Shown piece after piece: positions 18,947 to 27,739 of a DNA stretch of 40,560 bases (its first letter is position 1; each line of letters opens with the position of its first letter). This stretch comes from Acidobacteriota bacterium (lineage in GTDB: Bacteria; Acidobacteriota; UBA6911), in the NCBI GenBank assembly GCA_035631775.1, contig DASQID010000195.1:1-40560 (forward strand), given 5' to 3'. A program made the translations under genes and the position numbers. The notes below the pieces were generated by a model that saw only the letters and a list, made by a program, of their open reading frames with translations, had not been told where the DNA came from and ran no database searches.

Positions 18947-19104
18947 GCCACAGGGGCCGGGGGTCAGGAATTCGAGGAAGAAGGCATGAAGCGATCAGCC
19001 TTGACGTAGCGAGAAGAAAAGCGCCTTAAATCGGAGTTTTTCGAGCTCCTGGCTCCTGGCTCCCCCCTGACACCCGATCCCCGGCCCCTGACCCCTGACC
19101 CCTG
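18947..19104. repeat. Imperfect inverted repeat with 7-nt-periodic C-rich tandem units
   Basis: Left arm ggggccgggggtcagg (18953-18968). Right side has ctcctgg x2 (19046-19059), then cctgacacccgatccccggcccc, then cccctga x3 (19085-19104). Confidence 0.6.
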
Positions 19105-19172
19105 TTTCTCGTGGATTTCGTCTTACCCCGCTCTATAGAATGAGCCTCCTTAATTACACCTTGGAGAAGACT

Positions 19173-21809
19173 ATGAGGAGAGTCGGACAAACGCCGGTTC
19201 TTCTGATGATACTGCTGGCTTCGTCCATGGCCTTCGGGCAGGACATACCCAGTCCCGAGAAATACTTCGGGCATCAGATCGGGGCGGAGCGGAAGCTGGT
19301 GCGCTGGGACAGGATGGTTGAGTACCTGCAGCTGATCGCGCGCAGTTCCGACCGAGTGCGTTTCCGGGAACTCGGCAAGACGACCAACAACAACCCCTTC
19401 GTCATGGTAGTGATTTCGTCTCGGGAGAACCTCAAGAACATCGAGCGTTACCGTTCCATCAACAAGAAGCTCTTTGATCCACGCACCATTGCCACCGACG
19501 ACGAGGCCCGGCGTCTCAGTGAGGAAGGTAAGATCTTCGTGCTCGTGACATGCAGCATTCATGCTACCGAAATCGGCTCGAACCAGATGTCCGTCGAGGC
19601 GGTTTACCGTCTGGCAACCGAGACTTCCCCACAGATCGAGACAATACTCAATAATGTCGTCTTCCTCTTCGTACCGAGCCTCAACCCGGATGGGCAGATC
19701 CTCGTCACCGACTGGTATAACAAGACTCTCGGCACCCCGAACGAGGATGCGCCGCTTCCGTGGCTCTACCATCCCTATGTCGGCCATGACAACAACCGCG
19801 ACGCTTTCATGTTTACCCAGAAAGAGACCCGATTGATCGGCAAGGTGCTCTACCAGGATTGGCTGCCATCGGTCTGGCTGGATGAACACCAGATGGGTTC
19901 GGGCGGCCCGCGTATTTTTGTGATGCCTGCGCTGGACCCGATCAATCCGAACGTCGATCCGGTCATCTACCGCTACACGGGCCTTCTCGGCTTCTCCCAG
20001 GCGGCAGCTCTGGAGCGGGCCGGCAAGGAGGGGATCATTTACGGCGACATGTACACGTATTGGTGGGAGGGCGCCATGGCCTGGGCCGGCTGGTGGCACA
20101 ACATGTACGGGCTCTTGACGGAGGTGGCCTCTGCCCGGATTGCCACGACCATTGAACAGCAGAAAGTCGATCCCGACAATCCCCCGCGGCCCGGCCGTAC
20201 TTTGGAGGAGCGAACGCGCAGTTCTTCTCAGGAGGACATACGGAAACCCCTTCCACCTCCATCGGATGTGCAGTCCCGCTCCAACTATCCGCGGCCCTGG
20301 TTGGGCGGACGCTGGTCTCTACGCGACATTGTCGATTACGAATTGATCGCAACTTTCGCGCTGCTCGAGACTAGTGCGAACATGAGGTCTCAGCTGCTGG
20401 AAGGTCTGTACACCGCCGGCAAGCGGCAGATTGAACTGGGGAAGAAAGGGGATCCATTTGCCATAGTTGTTCCCAAGGATCAGGCCGATCGTCCCACCGT
20501 CATCAGGCTGCTTCAGACGCTTGCCTATGGCGGCATCGAAGTGCACCAGGCTCTAAAGCCCTTCACCGCCGACGATAGGAAGTATTCCGCGGGAACATAC
20601 GTGATTCTCCTCTCACAGCCGTTTCGCGCCTATGCAAAGGACATGCTCGAGCCCCAGGTCTATCCCAAGATCTCGCCGGCGTCCGGTGTGCCGCCCCGAC
20701 CGCCGTACGATGTCGCGGGATGGTCGCTCGGCATGCAGATGGGAGTGGACACCATCTTCGCAAAGAAACCTTTTGAGGCGGATCTGCGGAAGTTGGACAG
20801 CATCGAAATCCCGCCGGGTGAAGTCGCCGGGCACGGCTCGGCATATGTCCTGAGTCATGAATCAAACAACAGCCTCGTTGCCGTTAATCGTTTGATCAAA
20901 GCAGGATTCGAGGTTTCCTGGCTATTGGAGGGCGTCACGATCAACGGCAAGAAGTACGCACCCGGCGCCATCGTCGTCCGTGGAGGCAAGGACCTCCCGG
21001 CCATGATAAAGGATCTGGCTTCGTCACTCGGCGTGGATGCGGCCGCAGCCGAGGTGCCCGCCTTAGAGCCGTTCATCCGGATTCGAGCGCCCCGGACAGC
21101 GTTGTATCAGCCGTGGGGTGGTAACATAGACGAAGGCTGGACGCGGTGGTTGCTGGAGCAGAACGAGTTCCCTTATGTCACGCTTCATCCGCAGGATGTT
21201 CGCAACGGGTCTCTGAGGGGATTCGACGCGATCATTCTCCCGGACATGAATCCGCGCCAGATCATCAACGGCCTGACGGGAAATAGTGTCCCGGACGAGT
21301 ATAAAGGCGGAATTGAAGACTCCGGCCTCAAGGCACTGCATGCGTTCGTTGAGGAAGGAGGATCCATCATCGCGCTCGGCCAGAGTTCTTTGTTGCTCAT
21401 GGACAAGTTCGCAGCGCCTTACCGTGACAGCCTGCATGAAATCAAGCGCGAAGACTTCTTCTGCCCCGGTTCGATCGTGCGTGTCCTCGTGGATAATACG
21501 CATCCCATCGCCTTTGGCATGAAAGAAGAGGCGGGCGCAGACTTCACCAATTCGATGGCACTCGAAGCGGTGCCTTCATTCTCGACCATGAAGAGCTCGA
21601 TCGTTGTGCGATACCCGAGTTCAGACATCCTCATGAGCGGCTGGCTGCAGGGAGAGTCCTATCTGTACAACAAGGTCGGCGTCGCCGAAGTCACGCTGGG
21701 CAAGGGCCGGATGATCCTGATTCCTCTGCGGGTGCAGCAGCGCGCACAGCCTTTCGGGACATTTAAGCTGTTGTTCAATTCGATTCTCACCTCCGCCGCG
21801 ACACCCTAA
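19173..21809 (+). CDS. Secreted M14-family zinc carboxypeptidase-like protein with a large C-terminal extension
   Basis: GGAG sits 6 nt upstream of ATG 19173. Signal peptide MRRVGQTPVLLMILLASSMAFGQ. M14 motifs CSIHATEIGS (HxxE) and PSLNPDGQ. Confidence 0.85.
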   Translation: MRRVGQTPVLLMILLASSMAFGQDIPSPEKYFGHQIGAERKLVRWDRMVEYLQLIARSSDRVRFRELGKTTNNNPFVMVVISSRENLKNIERYRSINKKLFDPRTIATDDEARRLSEEGKIFVLVTCSIHATEIGSNQMSVEAVYRLATETSPQIETILNNVVFLFVPSLNPDGQILVTDWYNKTLGTPNEDAPLPWLYHPYVGHDNNRDAFMFTQKETRLIGKVLYQDWLPSVWLDEHQMGSGGPRIFVMPALDPINPNVDPVIYRYTGLLGFSQAAALERAGKEGIIYGDMYTYWWEGAMAWAGWWHNMYGLLTEVASARIATTIEQQKVDPDNPPRPGRTLEERTRSSSQEDIRKPLPPPSDVQSRSNYPRPWLGGRWSLRDIVDYELIATFALLETSANMRSQLLEGLYTAGKRQIELGKKGDPFAIVVPKDQADRPTVIRLLQTLAYGGIEVHQALKPFTADDRKYSAGTYVILLSQPFRAYAKDMLEPQVYPKISPASGVPPRPPYDVAGWSLGMQMGVDTIFAKKPFEADLRKLDSIEIPPGEVAGHGSAYVLSHESNNSLVAVNRLIKAGFEVSWLLEGVTINGKKYAPGAIVVRGGKDLPAMIKDLASSLGVDAAAAEVPALEPFIRIRAPRTALYQPWGGNIDEGWTRWLLEQNEFPYVTLHPQDVRNGSLRGFDAIILPDMNPRQIINGLTGNSVPDEYKGGIEDSGLKALHAFVEEGGSIIALGQSSLLLMDKFAAPYRDSLHEIKREDFFCPGSIVRVLVDNTHPIAFGMKEEAGADFTNSMALEAVPSFSTMKSSIVVRYPSSDILMSGWLQGESYLYNKVGVAEVTLGKGRMILIPLRVQQRAQPFGTFKLLFNSILTSAATP

Positions 21810-21831
21810 TTGGTGTGGCCCATCTGCAGCG

Positions 21832-21859
21832 GGCAGAAGGCAGCCGGCAGAGGGCAGTA
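21832..21859. repeat. Tandem heptamer repeat (GGCAGNN x4)
   Basis: ggcagaa ggcagcc ggcagag ggcagta, starting 23 nt after the M14 stop. Confidence 0.6.
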
Positions 21860-21974
21860 AGCCGGCATATTCCGCTAAATTGCCCTGCTTTTGATTCGAT
21901 TCACGGAGGGACTGTTGTAAACTCGCGCGGTATTGTCGTTAACGAAGTCGATTACCACTCAAGCAGGCGGAAAC

Positions 21975-23345
21975 ATGTCGACACCTGAAACTGCTGCACC
22001 GGTTGGAGCGCCGAGACTGAAGCGCTCTCTCACCCTCTGGGATCTCATTCTTTACGGCGTAGTCGTTATTCAGCCGGTCGCGCCCATGTCCGTCTTCGGC
22101 GTGCTGAGCGATCGCGGGCATGGCCACGTCGTGACGACCATCCTCATCGCCATGGTGGCGATGTTGTTCACCGCTATCAGCTACGGGCGCATGGCTCGGG
22201 CCTATCCCAGCGCGGGATCGGCGTTCACCTACGTCGGCCAGGAAATCAATCCCGCGCTCGGTTACGTGACGGGATGGAGCATGGTTACGGATTACATGCT
22301 CAATCCGATCATCTGCATCGTGTGGTGCAGTCAACAGGCGCACGTGTTCGCGCCTAACATCCCTTACGGGATATGGGCGATTTTCTTCGCGCTTGTATTT
22401 ACAGGCCTGAATATCCAGGGAGTCAAGACTTCCGCGCGGGTCAACGCCGGTCTTGCCACCGCGATGGGTGTTGTGATCGCGATCTTCTTCGTGACTGCAG
22501 CTCGCTACGTTTTCGGACAGCCACACGATGGCGCCGCCTTTTTCACCCGCCCTTTTTACGATCCTCAGTTGTTTAACACCAGGGCGGTGCTGGGCGGAAC
22601 CTCGATCGCTGTACTGACCTACATCGGATTTGATGGAATTTCCACCCTTTCCGAAGAGGCGGAGAACCCGCGCCGTAACATTCTGCTGGCAACTGTACTC
22701 ACTTGTTTCGTTATTGGGATTCTGTCGGCATTTGAAGTCTACGCGGCGCAGTTGATCTGGCCCGCTTCCCAGCCCTTTCCCAATGTAGATACAGCTTTCG
22801 TGCATCTGGCCGGCCGCGCTTGGCAGCCGATGTTCGTGATCGTGGGTTTCACTCTGCTGGTAGCCAATTTCGGATCGGGAATGGGCGCACAGATCGGCGC
22901 GGCTCGCCTGCTGTTCGGGATGGGGCGCAGTAGCGCATTGCCCAAGGGATTTTTCGGAGCCATCGACCCCAAACACCGCGTACCGCGAAATAACGTGATT
23001 TTCGTAGGTGCCATTGCCCTGGCGGTCGCGCTACTGGTAATCAAAGGCTGGTTCAGCTACGGATTGGGCGCGGAGATGCTCAACTTTGGTGCGCTCATCG
23101 CCTTTATGGGCGTGAATGCCGCCGCCTTCGTCCGCTATTACCTGCGCAATCCGGAAAAGAAATTGACGTACCTCTTGCCGCCGGTGCTCGGTTTCGTGAT
23201 TTGCCTGCTGCTCTGGTTAAACCTGAGTATCCCCGCGAAGATTGCCGGCGGGATCTGGATGGTGGCGGGTATCCTATACGGGGCGATAAAAACAAAGGGT
23301 TTCCGGGGAGAGCTGGTAAACTTCGACTTGCCCCCGGAGGAGTAA
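21975..23345 (+). CDS. APC-superfamily permease resembling E. coli PuuP/PlaP putrescine importers
   Basis: About 12 predicted TM segments. RLKRSLTLWDLILYGVVVIQPVAPMSVFG and AISYGRMARAYPSAGSAFTYVGQEINPALGYVTGWSMVTDYMLNP align by eye with the PuuP N-terminus as I remember it. ATG 21975 is preferred over TTG 21933. Confidence 0.8.
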   Translation: MSTPETAAPVGAPRLKRSLTLWDLILYGVVVIQPVAPMSVFGVLSDRGHGHVVTTILIAMVAMLFTAISYGRMARAYPSAGSAFTYVGQEINPALGYVTGWSMVTDYMLNPIICIVWCSQQAHVFAPNIPYGIWAIFFALVFTGLNIQGVKTSARVNAGLATAMGVVIAIFFVTAARYVFGQPHDGAAFFTRPFYDPQLFNTRAVLGGTSIAVLTYIGFDGISTLSEEAENPRRNILLATVLTCFVIGILSAFEVYAAQLIWPASQPFPNVDTAFVHLAGRAWQPMFVIVGFTLLVANFGSGMGAQIGAARLLFGMGRSSALPKGFFGAIDPKHRVPRNNVIFVGAIALAVALLVIKGWFSYGLGAEMLNFGALIAFMGVNAAAFVRYYLRNPEKKLTYLLPPVLGFVICLLLWLNLSIPAKIAGGIWMVAGILYGAIKTKGFRGELVNFDLPPEE

Positions 23346-23349
23346 TTCG

Positions 23350-24864
23350 GTGACAGGCTACTCTTTCCCCAATTACCCACTCTCCTCACATCGTAGGCAC
23401 TCACGCGAAATTGGAACGAGACTAACCTTTCCACGAATTGCGCTGGTCGTGGTTGTTGCGTTGACGGCGATGCTGCCGCCGGCCGTCGACGCCGCCCAAG
23501 GCGTCAAGCGCGCTCCACAGGAGACCTTACGCTATGAAAACTTCGGCACCGTCCACATCTACCGCAAGGTGCCGTACCCTGCCAACGTCGTCGTGTTCTT
23601 CTCCGGTGAGAGCGGTTGGAATGAGCAAGCCGCCTCCATGGCGAGCGCCTTTACCTCGCTCAACTCTCTCGTGATCGGCATCAATACTCCTCACTACCTC
23701 AGATCCCTCGTGGACGACGGCGAGCAATGCTCTTATTATGCCAGCGATCTCGAGGACCTGAGCCACTATGTTCAGCAGAAGCTCGGATTCCCCAGCTACA
23801 TGTTTCCGATCGGAGCCGGGTATTCCTCGGGCGCGGCCCTGGCATACGCCGCATCGGTTCAGGCGCCTACCGGAACACTGCGGGGCGCCATCAGTCTCGG
23901 ATTTTGTCCGAACGTCAGGCTGCCGAAACCGCCGTGCCGCGCGAGTGGCCTGGAGTGGAATACAGCCGGGAAGGCCAGGGGCGCGGCAGGTGCGGACTAC
24001 CTGCTTCAACCTGCGCACAACCTGGCGATTCCCTGGATCGTTCTCCAGGGAGACTCAGACAAGGCTTGCGATCCCAATGCAGTTGCCAGCTTCGTGAGAC
24101 AGACCGGCCATGCACGACTCGTCAACCTTCCCGGTGTAGGACGCGGTTATACAACGGAAGCAGGTTGGATGCCGCGATTGAAAGCGGAATATGCATCCCT
24201 CCTGCTTGAACTAGAAGAGCGATCTGCGTCTCCCAAGGCACCGGAGGTGAAAGATCTCCCTTTAGTCGAAATACCAGCTTCCGGGCCGTCAGGCGATGCG
24301 CTTGCGGTCGTAATCTCCGGTGACGGAGGTTGGGCAGGCATCGACCGGGGAATCGGGCAGACCCTCGCAGTCAGCGGCATCTCAGTGGTGGGATTGAATT
24401 CGCTCCAATACTTCTGGAAGCGCCGCACTCCTGAGAGCGCGGCGGCTGATTTGAAGCGCATACTCATGCATTACCTCGCTGCCTGGAACAAACGCACCGC
24501 AATATTGATTGGCTATTCGATGGGAGCAGACGTCCTCCCCTTCATGACGGCCAGGCTCCCGGCCGACCTTCTGTCGAGGGTAAGGCTCGTAGCGCTGCTG
24601 GGACTGTCTGCAACCGTGGATTTCGAATTCCACTTTGCCGCGTGGTTCGGCAAAGCCAGCCGAATGACCGACCTCCGGGTGGCTCCGGAAGTCGAGAAGC
24701 TCAAGGGGTTAAAAATTCTCTGCATCTACGGCATCGAGGAAGTCGACAGCTTGTGCAGGGGACTGCCGGCGGGACTTGTGCAGCCGATCGCGATGAAAGA
24801 CGGGCACCATTTCGGCGGCGACTACAAGAGTGTGGCCGAGGTCATCCTCAAGCAATCAAAGTAG
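23350..24864 (+). CDS. AcvB/VirJ-family exported alpha/beta hydrolase (two tandem halves)
   Basis: N-terminal anchor RIALVVVVALTAMLPPAVDA. The C-terminal half LAVVISGDGGWAGIDRGIG...VVGLNSLQYFW...LIGYSMGADVLPF matches the VirJ domain signature. The N-terminal half also carries GAGYSSGAALAY. GTG 23350 lies 4 nt after the permease stop. Confidence 0.7.
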   Translation: MTGYSFPNYPLSSHRRHSREIGTRLTFPRIALVVVVALTAMLPPAVDAAQGVKRAPQETLRYENFGTVHIYRKVPYPANVVVFFSGESGWNEQAASMASAFTSLNSLVIGINTPHYLRSLVDDGEQCSYYASDLEDLSHYVQQKLGFPSYMFPIGAGYSSGAALAYAASVQAPTGTLRGAISLGFCPNVRLPKPPCRASGLEWNTAGKARGAAGADYLLQPAHNLAIPWIVLQGDSDKACDPNAVASFVRQTGHARLVNLPGVGRGYTTEAGWMPRLKAEYASLLLELEERSASPKAPEVKDLPLVEIPASGPSGDALAVVISGDGGWAGIDRGIGQTLAVSGISVVGLNSLQYFWKRRTPESAAADLKRILMHYLAAWNKRTAILIGYSMGADVLPFMTARLPADLLSRVRLVALLGLSATVDFEFHFAAWFGKASRMTDLRVAPEVEKLKGLKILCIYGIEEVDSLCRGLPAGLVQPIAMKDGHHFGGDYKSVAEVILKQSK

Positions 24865-24908
24865 TCGCTAGAAGATCTGCCACAAATTTCCCGAATTCCA
24901 TGGGGCTG

Positions 24909-25055
24909 CATGGCCGCAACCAAATGAGTCGGGCGTTCCTTCGCGTCTTCGCGCCTTTGCGGTGGCTCTTTAAAAAGCCACCGCAAAGACGCTAAGGCGC
25001 AAAGACAGGCTGCCGTATCCTTGCTGAAATGGCAAGGATTTGAACGTTAGTAGTA
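24909..25055. repeat. Modular hairpin repeat, family B copy 1 (between convergent genes)
   Basis: catggccgcaacc (24909). Hairpin gcgcctttgcggtggct-ctttaaaa-agccaccgcaaagacgc (24951-24992). cgcaaagac occurs twice. Second hairpin atccttgc-tgaaatg-gcaaggat (25017-25039). Terminal ttagtagta (25047-25055). Its architecture is shared with 30905-31145. Confidence 0.6.
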
Positions 25056-25075
25056 CGAACGATCAAATGCTTGCA

Positions 25076-26404
25076 TTATTTCCGGAAATTCGGAAAATTC
25101 GAGATGAACAACTGCTCCAGGTCGGGAAATCCGGACCCGCACCAGCGCTTCAACAGACCACACCCCTCCTCGACTAGTTGAAGAGTGATCTCTCTCTCCC
25201 GTTGGCCGGGAGATGCATTTCTCCAGAGCTTATCCAGAATTCCGGAAACCGGCGTGTCGCATTCCAGAATGGAAGGGTCGAGAGTTGCCAGTGCAGCAGC
25301 AGCTCCAAAAGCGTATCGGCGAGGGATCACCTGTTGGCGCAATGCAATCCGCATCGTACCAAGGAGTCGGTCATCCCAACCCAGCTTTCGCTCCGGATCG
25401 CGTCCCACCCGATCCACCGTGTCCATTAAGAACGGATTGGTCATGCGCGCGAGCAGGTCCAGAGCATATTCTTGGTAGCCCCCATGCGTGAAGAGCGGAT
25501 CAATACCCGAATGCCTGCGAATCAAGGCCTCTCCCGATTCCCGAATGAAGGCCGCTTCCAGAAAACGGAGCACGCCGGGAATCCCACGCAATTCGGCGAT
25601 TCTCCTCACCCCACGGACTGCCCCAATGTAGGCAGCAAGCGCGTGCGTGGCGTTGTGGCCATACAACTTTGCCTCTTCGAAGGGAAGCAGATCCGGCTTT
25701 TCCTCGAAAACCGCAATGCCTCTTTTGAACCGAACTGTACCGCCGAACCTGATTCTTGAAATGAGGATTCGATTGAATGATTCGACCAGAAAGGCGCGCG
25801 GTTCCGAGCTTGTAATGGCAGCCAGCCCTAGTTCCCGCATCCGGCCTGAATCGGGGACCGCCCCGCTCATCTTGCCTATCACGGTATTGAGGAAGCGCAC
25901 GCGCGACCGGACCGATTCACGCTCTTCCGGAGGGACAACCATCAGCACGTGGCTCTCGAGAATCTCGGCTGCGTGGTTATGGTTTTCCGCCGCATATACG
26001 ACAGCTCGGCGCAGGCGCTGGCGCATTTTTTTTCTGAAGCCCTCGGCCAGGATGCCATGCACGCTCCCCGGCCCCGCAGTCGCGTAGTCTTGGACACTGG
26101 GGACTGCAGTCGCAATTTCCTCGGCTTCTGCGATAGCCTCTATGAGGCTTTGGCGATCCTCTGCCGATGCAGGATCGAAAACCTCCACAGGCCCGATCTC
26201 CGCCGATTCCAGGCAATCGGGCCGGGCAATGTTGACCGAGAACCTGCCGCCCGCACGCCTGACAGACTCCACAAGGCCAGGCTGAACCTCCGCGACCACA
26301 AGACGATGGAAATTTCCTGAGTGAAAGGCTTCATAGAGAAAAAGTCCCGCTTGGATGGGGCCAAAACCAAATCCGACAAAGGTGCGACTTCCACTCAAGG
26401 ACAC
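25076..26404 (-). CDS. Mannitol dehydrogenase-family (MtlD-like) polyol or polyol-phosphate dehydrogenase
   Basis: N-terminal Rossmann FVGFGFGPIQAG. FEEAKLYGHNATHALAAYIG and RMTNPFLMDTVDRVGRDPERKLGWDDRLLG parallel the MtlD motifs [20 protein letters not shown] and [22 protein letters not shown]. Substrate is unknown. Confidence 0.6.
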   Translation of the reverse strand: MSLSGSRTFVGFGFGPIQAGLFLYEAFHSGNFHRLVVAEVQPGLVESVRRAGGRFSVNIARPDCLESAEIGPVEVFDPASAEDRQSLIEAIAEAEEIATAVPSVQDYATAGPGSVHGILAEGFRKKMRQRLRRAVVYAAENHNHAAEILESHVLMVVPPEERESVRSRVRFLNTVIGKMSGAVPDSGRMRELGLAAITSSEPRAFLVESFNRILISRIRFGGTVRFKRGIAVFEEKPDLLPFEEAKLYGHNATHALAAYIGAVRGVRRIAELRGIPGVLRFLEAAFIRESGEALIRRHSGIDPLFTHGGYQEYALDLLARMTNPFLMDTVDRVGRDPERKLGWDDRLLGTMRIALRQQVIPRRYAFGAAAALATLDPSILECDTPVSGILDKLWRNASPGQREREITLQLVEEGCGLLKRWCGSGFPDLEQLFISNFPNFRK

Positions 26405-26424
26405 AGATCAGCTCTCTCGCATAG

Positions 26425-26451
26425 TTGACGTTCTAGATGGACCATTATAAT
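26425..26451 (+). promoter_or_regulatory. Putative sigma-70-type promoter (TTGACG-15 nt-TATAAT) for the ADH gene
   Basis: ttgacg at 26425-26430 and a consensus tataat at 26446-26451. The 15-nt spacer is short. Confidence 0.35.
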
Positions 26452-26452
26452 T

Positions 26453-26526
26453 GCGGATTGCGAATTGCGGATTGAACAATCCCTGGGTCCTCCAACGCAA
26501 TCCGAAATCCGCAATCCGAAATCGCG
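26453..26526. repeat. Inverted arrays of heptamer repeats (GCGGATT-type)
   Basis: gcggatt gcgaatt gcggatt (26453-26473), a 25-nt spacer, then aatccga aatccgc aatccga aatcgcg (26499-26526). The arms are complementary. Confidence 0.7.
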
Positions 26527-26594
26527 TAGCCGCGCTTCGGGTGTTGATGAGAGAATCCGGATGTTGAGTAAGTGCTCGTCGAAATGGAGGCGGG

Positions 26595-27626
26595 GTGAAA
26601 GCACTGGTCCTCGAGCAATACAATCAGCTCATGTATAAGGATGTGCCGGAGCCGGAGATGGGGCCGGAGGACGTCTTGATTCGTGTTCGCGCCTGTGGAA
26701 TTTGCGGCAGTGACATCCACGGCTTGGACGGCTCAACGGGCAGGCGCATCCCACCCGTTATTATGGGACATGAAGCGGCCGGTGTGATTGCAGAGGCCGG
26801 TTCCGCAGTGCGCGGATGGAAGAAAGACGACCGGGTCACGTTCGATTCCACTATCTATTGCGGCAAATGTTATTTTTGCCGGCGAGGCGACATCAACTGC
26901 TGCGACAACCGGCGGGTGGTGGGCGTCTCCTGCACGGATTACCGCCGGGATGGGGCTTTCGCCGAGTACGTTGCGGTTCCTCACCATATTTTGCACCGCC
27001 TCCCGGGAAAGCTATCCTTCGAGCGAGCGGCGCTGGTCGAACCTCTCTCCGTAGCGTTTCATTCGGTCAACATCACGCCACATTCGTTGAATGATTCGGC
27101 AGTGGTGGTGGGAACCGGCATGGTCGGACTGTTGGTGATCCAGGTGCTGAGAGCCTCCGGCCTTGGCCAGATTATCGCGTTGGACATCGATGCCGATCGA
27201 CTCGCCCTTGCCTCCAAGATGGGCGCGGATCGCGGGTTACTTTCGGGCTCTCCGGATGTTGTGCAGCAGATAATGCGTTATACCGAAAACCGGGGCGCGG
27301 ACCTTGTGTTCGACGTGGTCGGTCTCGCGACCACGATGAAGCTCGCGCTGCAAAGCGTGCGCAAGGGCGGAGTCGTGACACTGATCGGAAATCTCGCCCC
27401 GACAGTTGAGTTTCCACTGCAAACCGTCGTAACGCGCGGTGTGAGGCTCCTGGGTTCGCTCGCATCCTGCGGCGAGTACCCCGCCGCGCTGGAGATGATC
27501 GAACGCGGCACGATCAACGTGGATGCGCTCATCAGCGCCCTTGTGCCTCTCTCGGATGGGGCAGCCTGGTTTGATCGTCTGCGCAGACGCGAGCGCGGGC
27601 TGTTGAAGGTCGTGCTCACCCCCTGA
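26595..27626 (+). CDS. Zn-dependent medium-chain alcohol/polyol dehydrogenase (sorbitol or threonine dehydrogenase-like)
   Basis: GGAGG sits 4 nt upstream of GTG 26595. Catalytic Zn motifs CGICGSDIH and GHEAAG. Structural Zn cluster CGKCYFCRRGDINCC. Rossmann VVVGTGMVGL. Confidence 0.85.
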   Translation: MKALVLEQYNQLMYKDVPEPEMGPEDVLIRVRACGICGSDIHGLDGSTGRRIPPVIMGHEAAGVIAEAGSAVRGWKKDDRVTFDSTIYCGKCYFCRRGDINCCDNRRVVGVSCTDYRRDGAFAEYVAVPHHILHRLPGKLSFERAALVEPLSVAFHSVNITPHSLNDSAVVVGTGMVGLLVIQVLRASGLGQIIALDIDADRLALASKMGADRGLLSGSPDVVQQIMRYTENRGADLVFDVVGLATTMKLALQSVRKGGVVTLIGNLAPTVEFPLQTVVTRGVRLLGSLASCGEYPAALEMIERGTINVDALISALVPLSDGAAWFDRLRRRERGLLKVVLTP

Positions 27627-27634
27627 AGGTCCGT

Positions 27635-27726
27635 GGTGTCAGGTCCTGAAAATTTCATTTTGACTGTCGGCGAGGTCGCGCCGGAATCAGATCTCCGGCA
27701 AAATGAAGTTTTCAAGACCTGACACC
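27635..27726. repeat. Long inverted repeat (28-nt arms, 26/28 complementary, 36-nt loop) between the ADH stop and the recC start
   Basis: ggtgtcaggtcctgaaaatttcattttg (27635-27662) pairs with caaaatgaagttttcaagacctgacacc (27699-27726). Confidence 0.75.
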
Positions 27727-27739
27727 TTTGGAGCGGAAA

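Noticed and set aside
19026-20099. 357-aa ORF on the minus strand
   Set aside because: It is antisense to the M14 peptidase gene and runs into the heptamer-repeat leader. It has no motifs and is a shadow ORF.
21939-22976. 345-aa ORF on the minus strand
   Set aside because: It is antisense to the APC permease, whose 12-TM pattern and PuuP-like motifs clearly mark the real frame.
26453-26526. CRISPR array (also considered for 19046-19104 and 21832-21859)
   Set aside because: The units are only 7 nt and directly abutting, with no spacers, and no cas genes are present. These are tandem or inverted heptamers, not CRISPR repeats.
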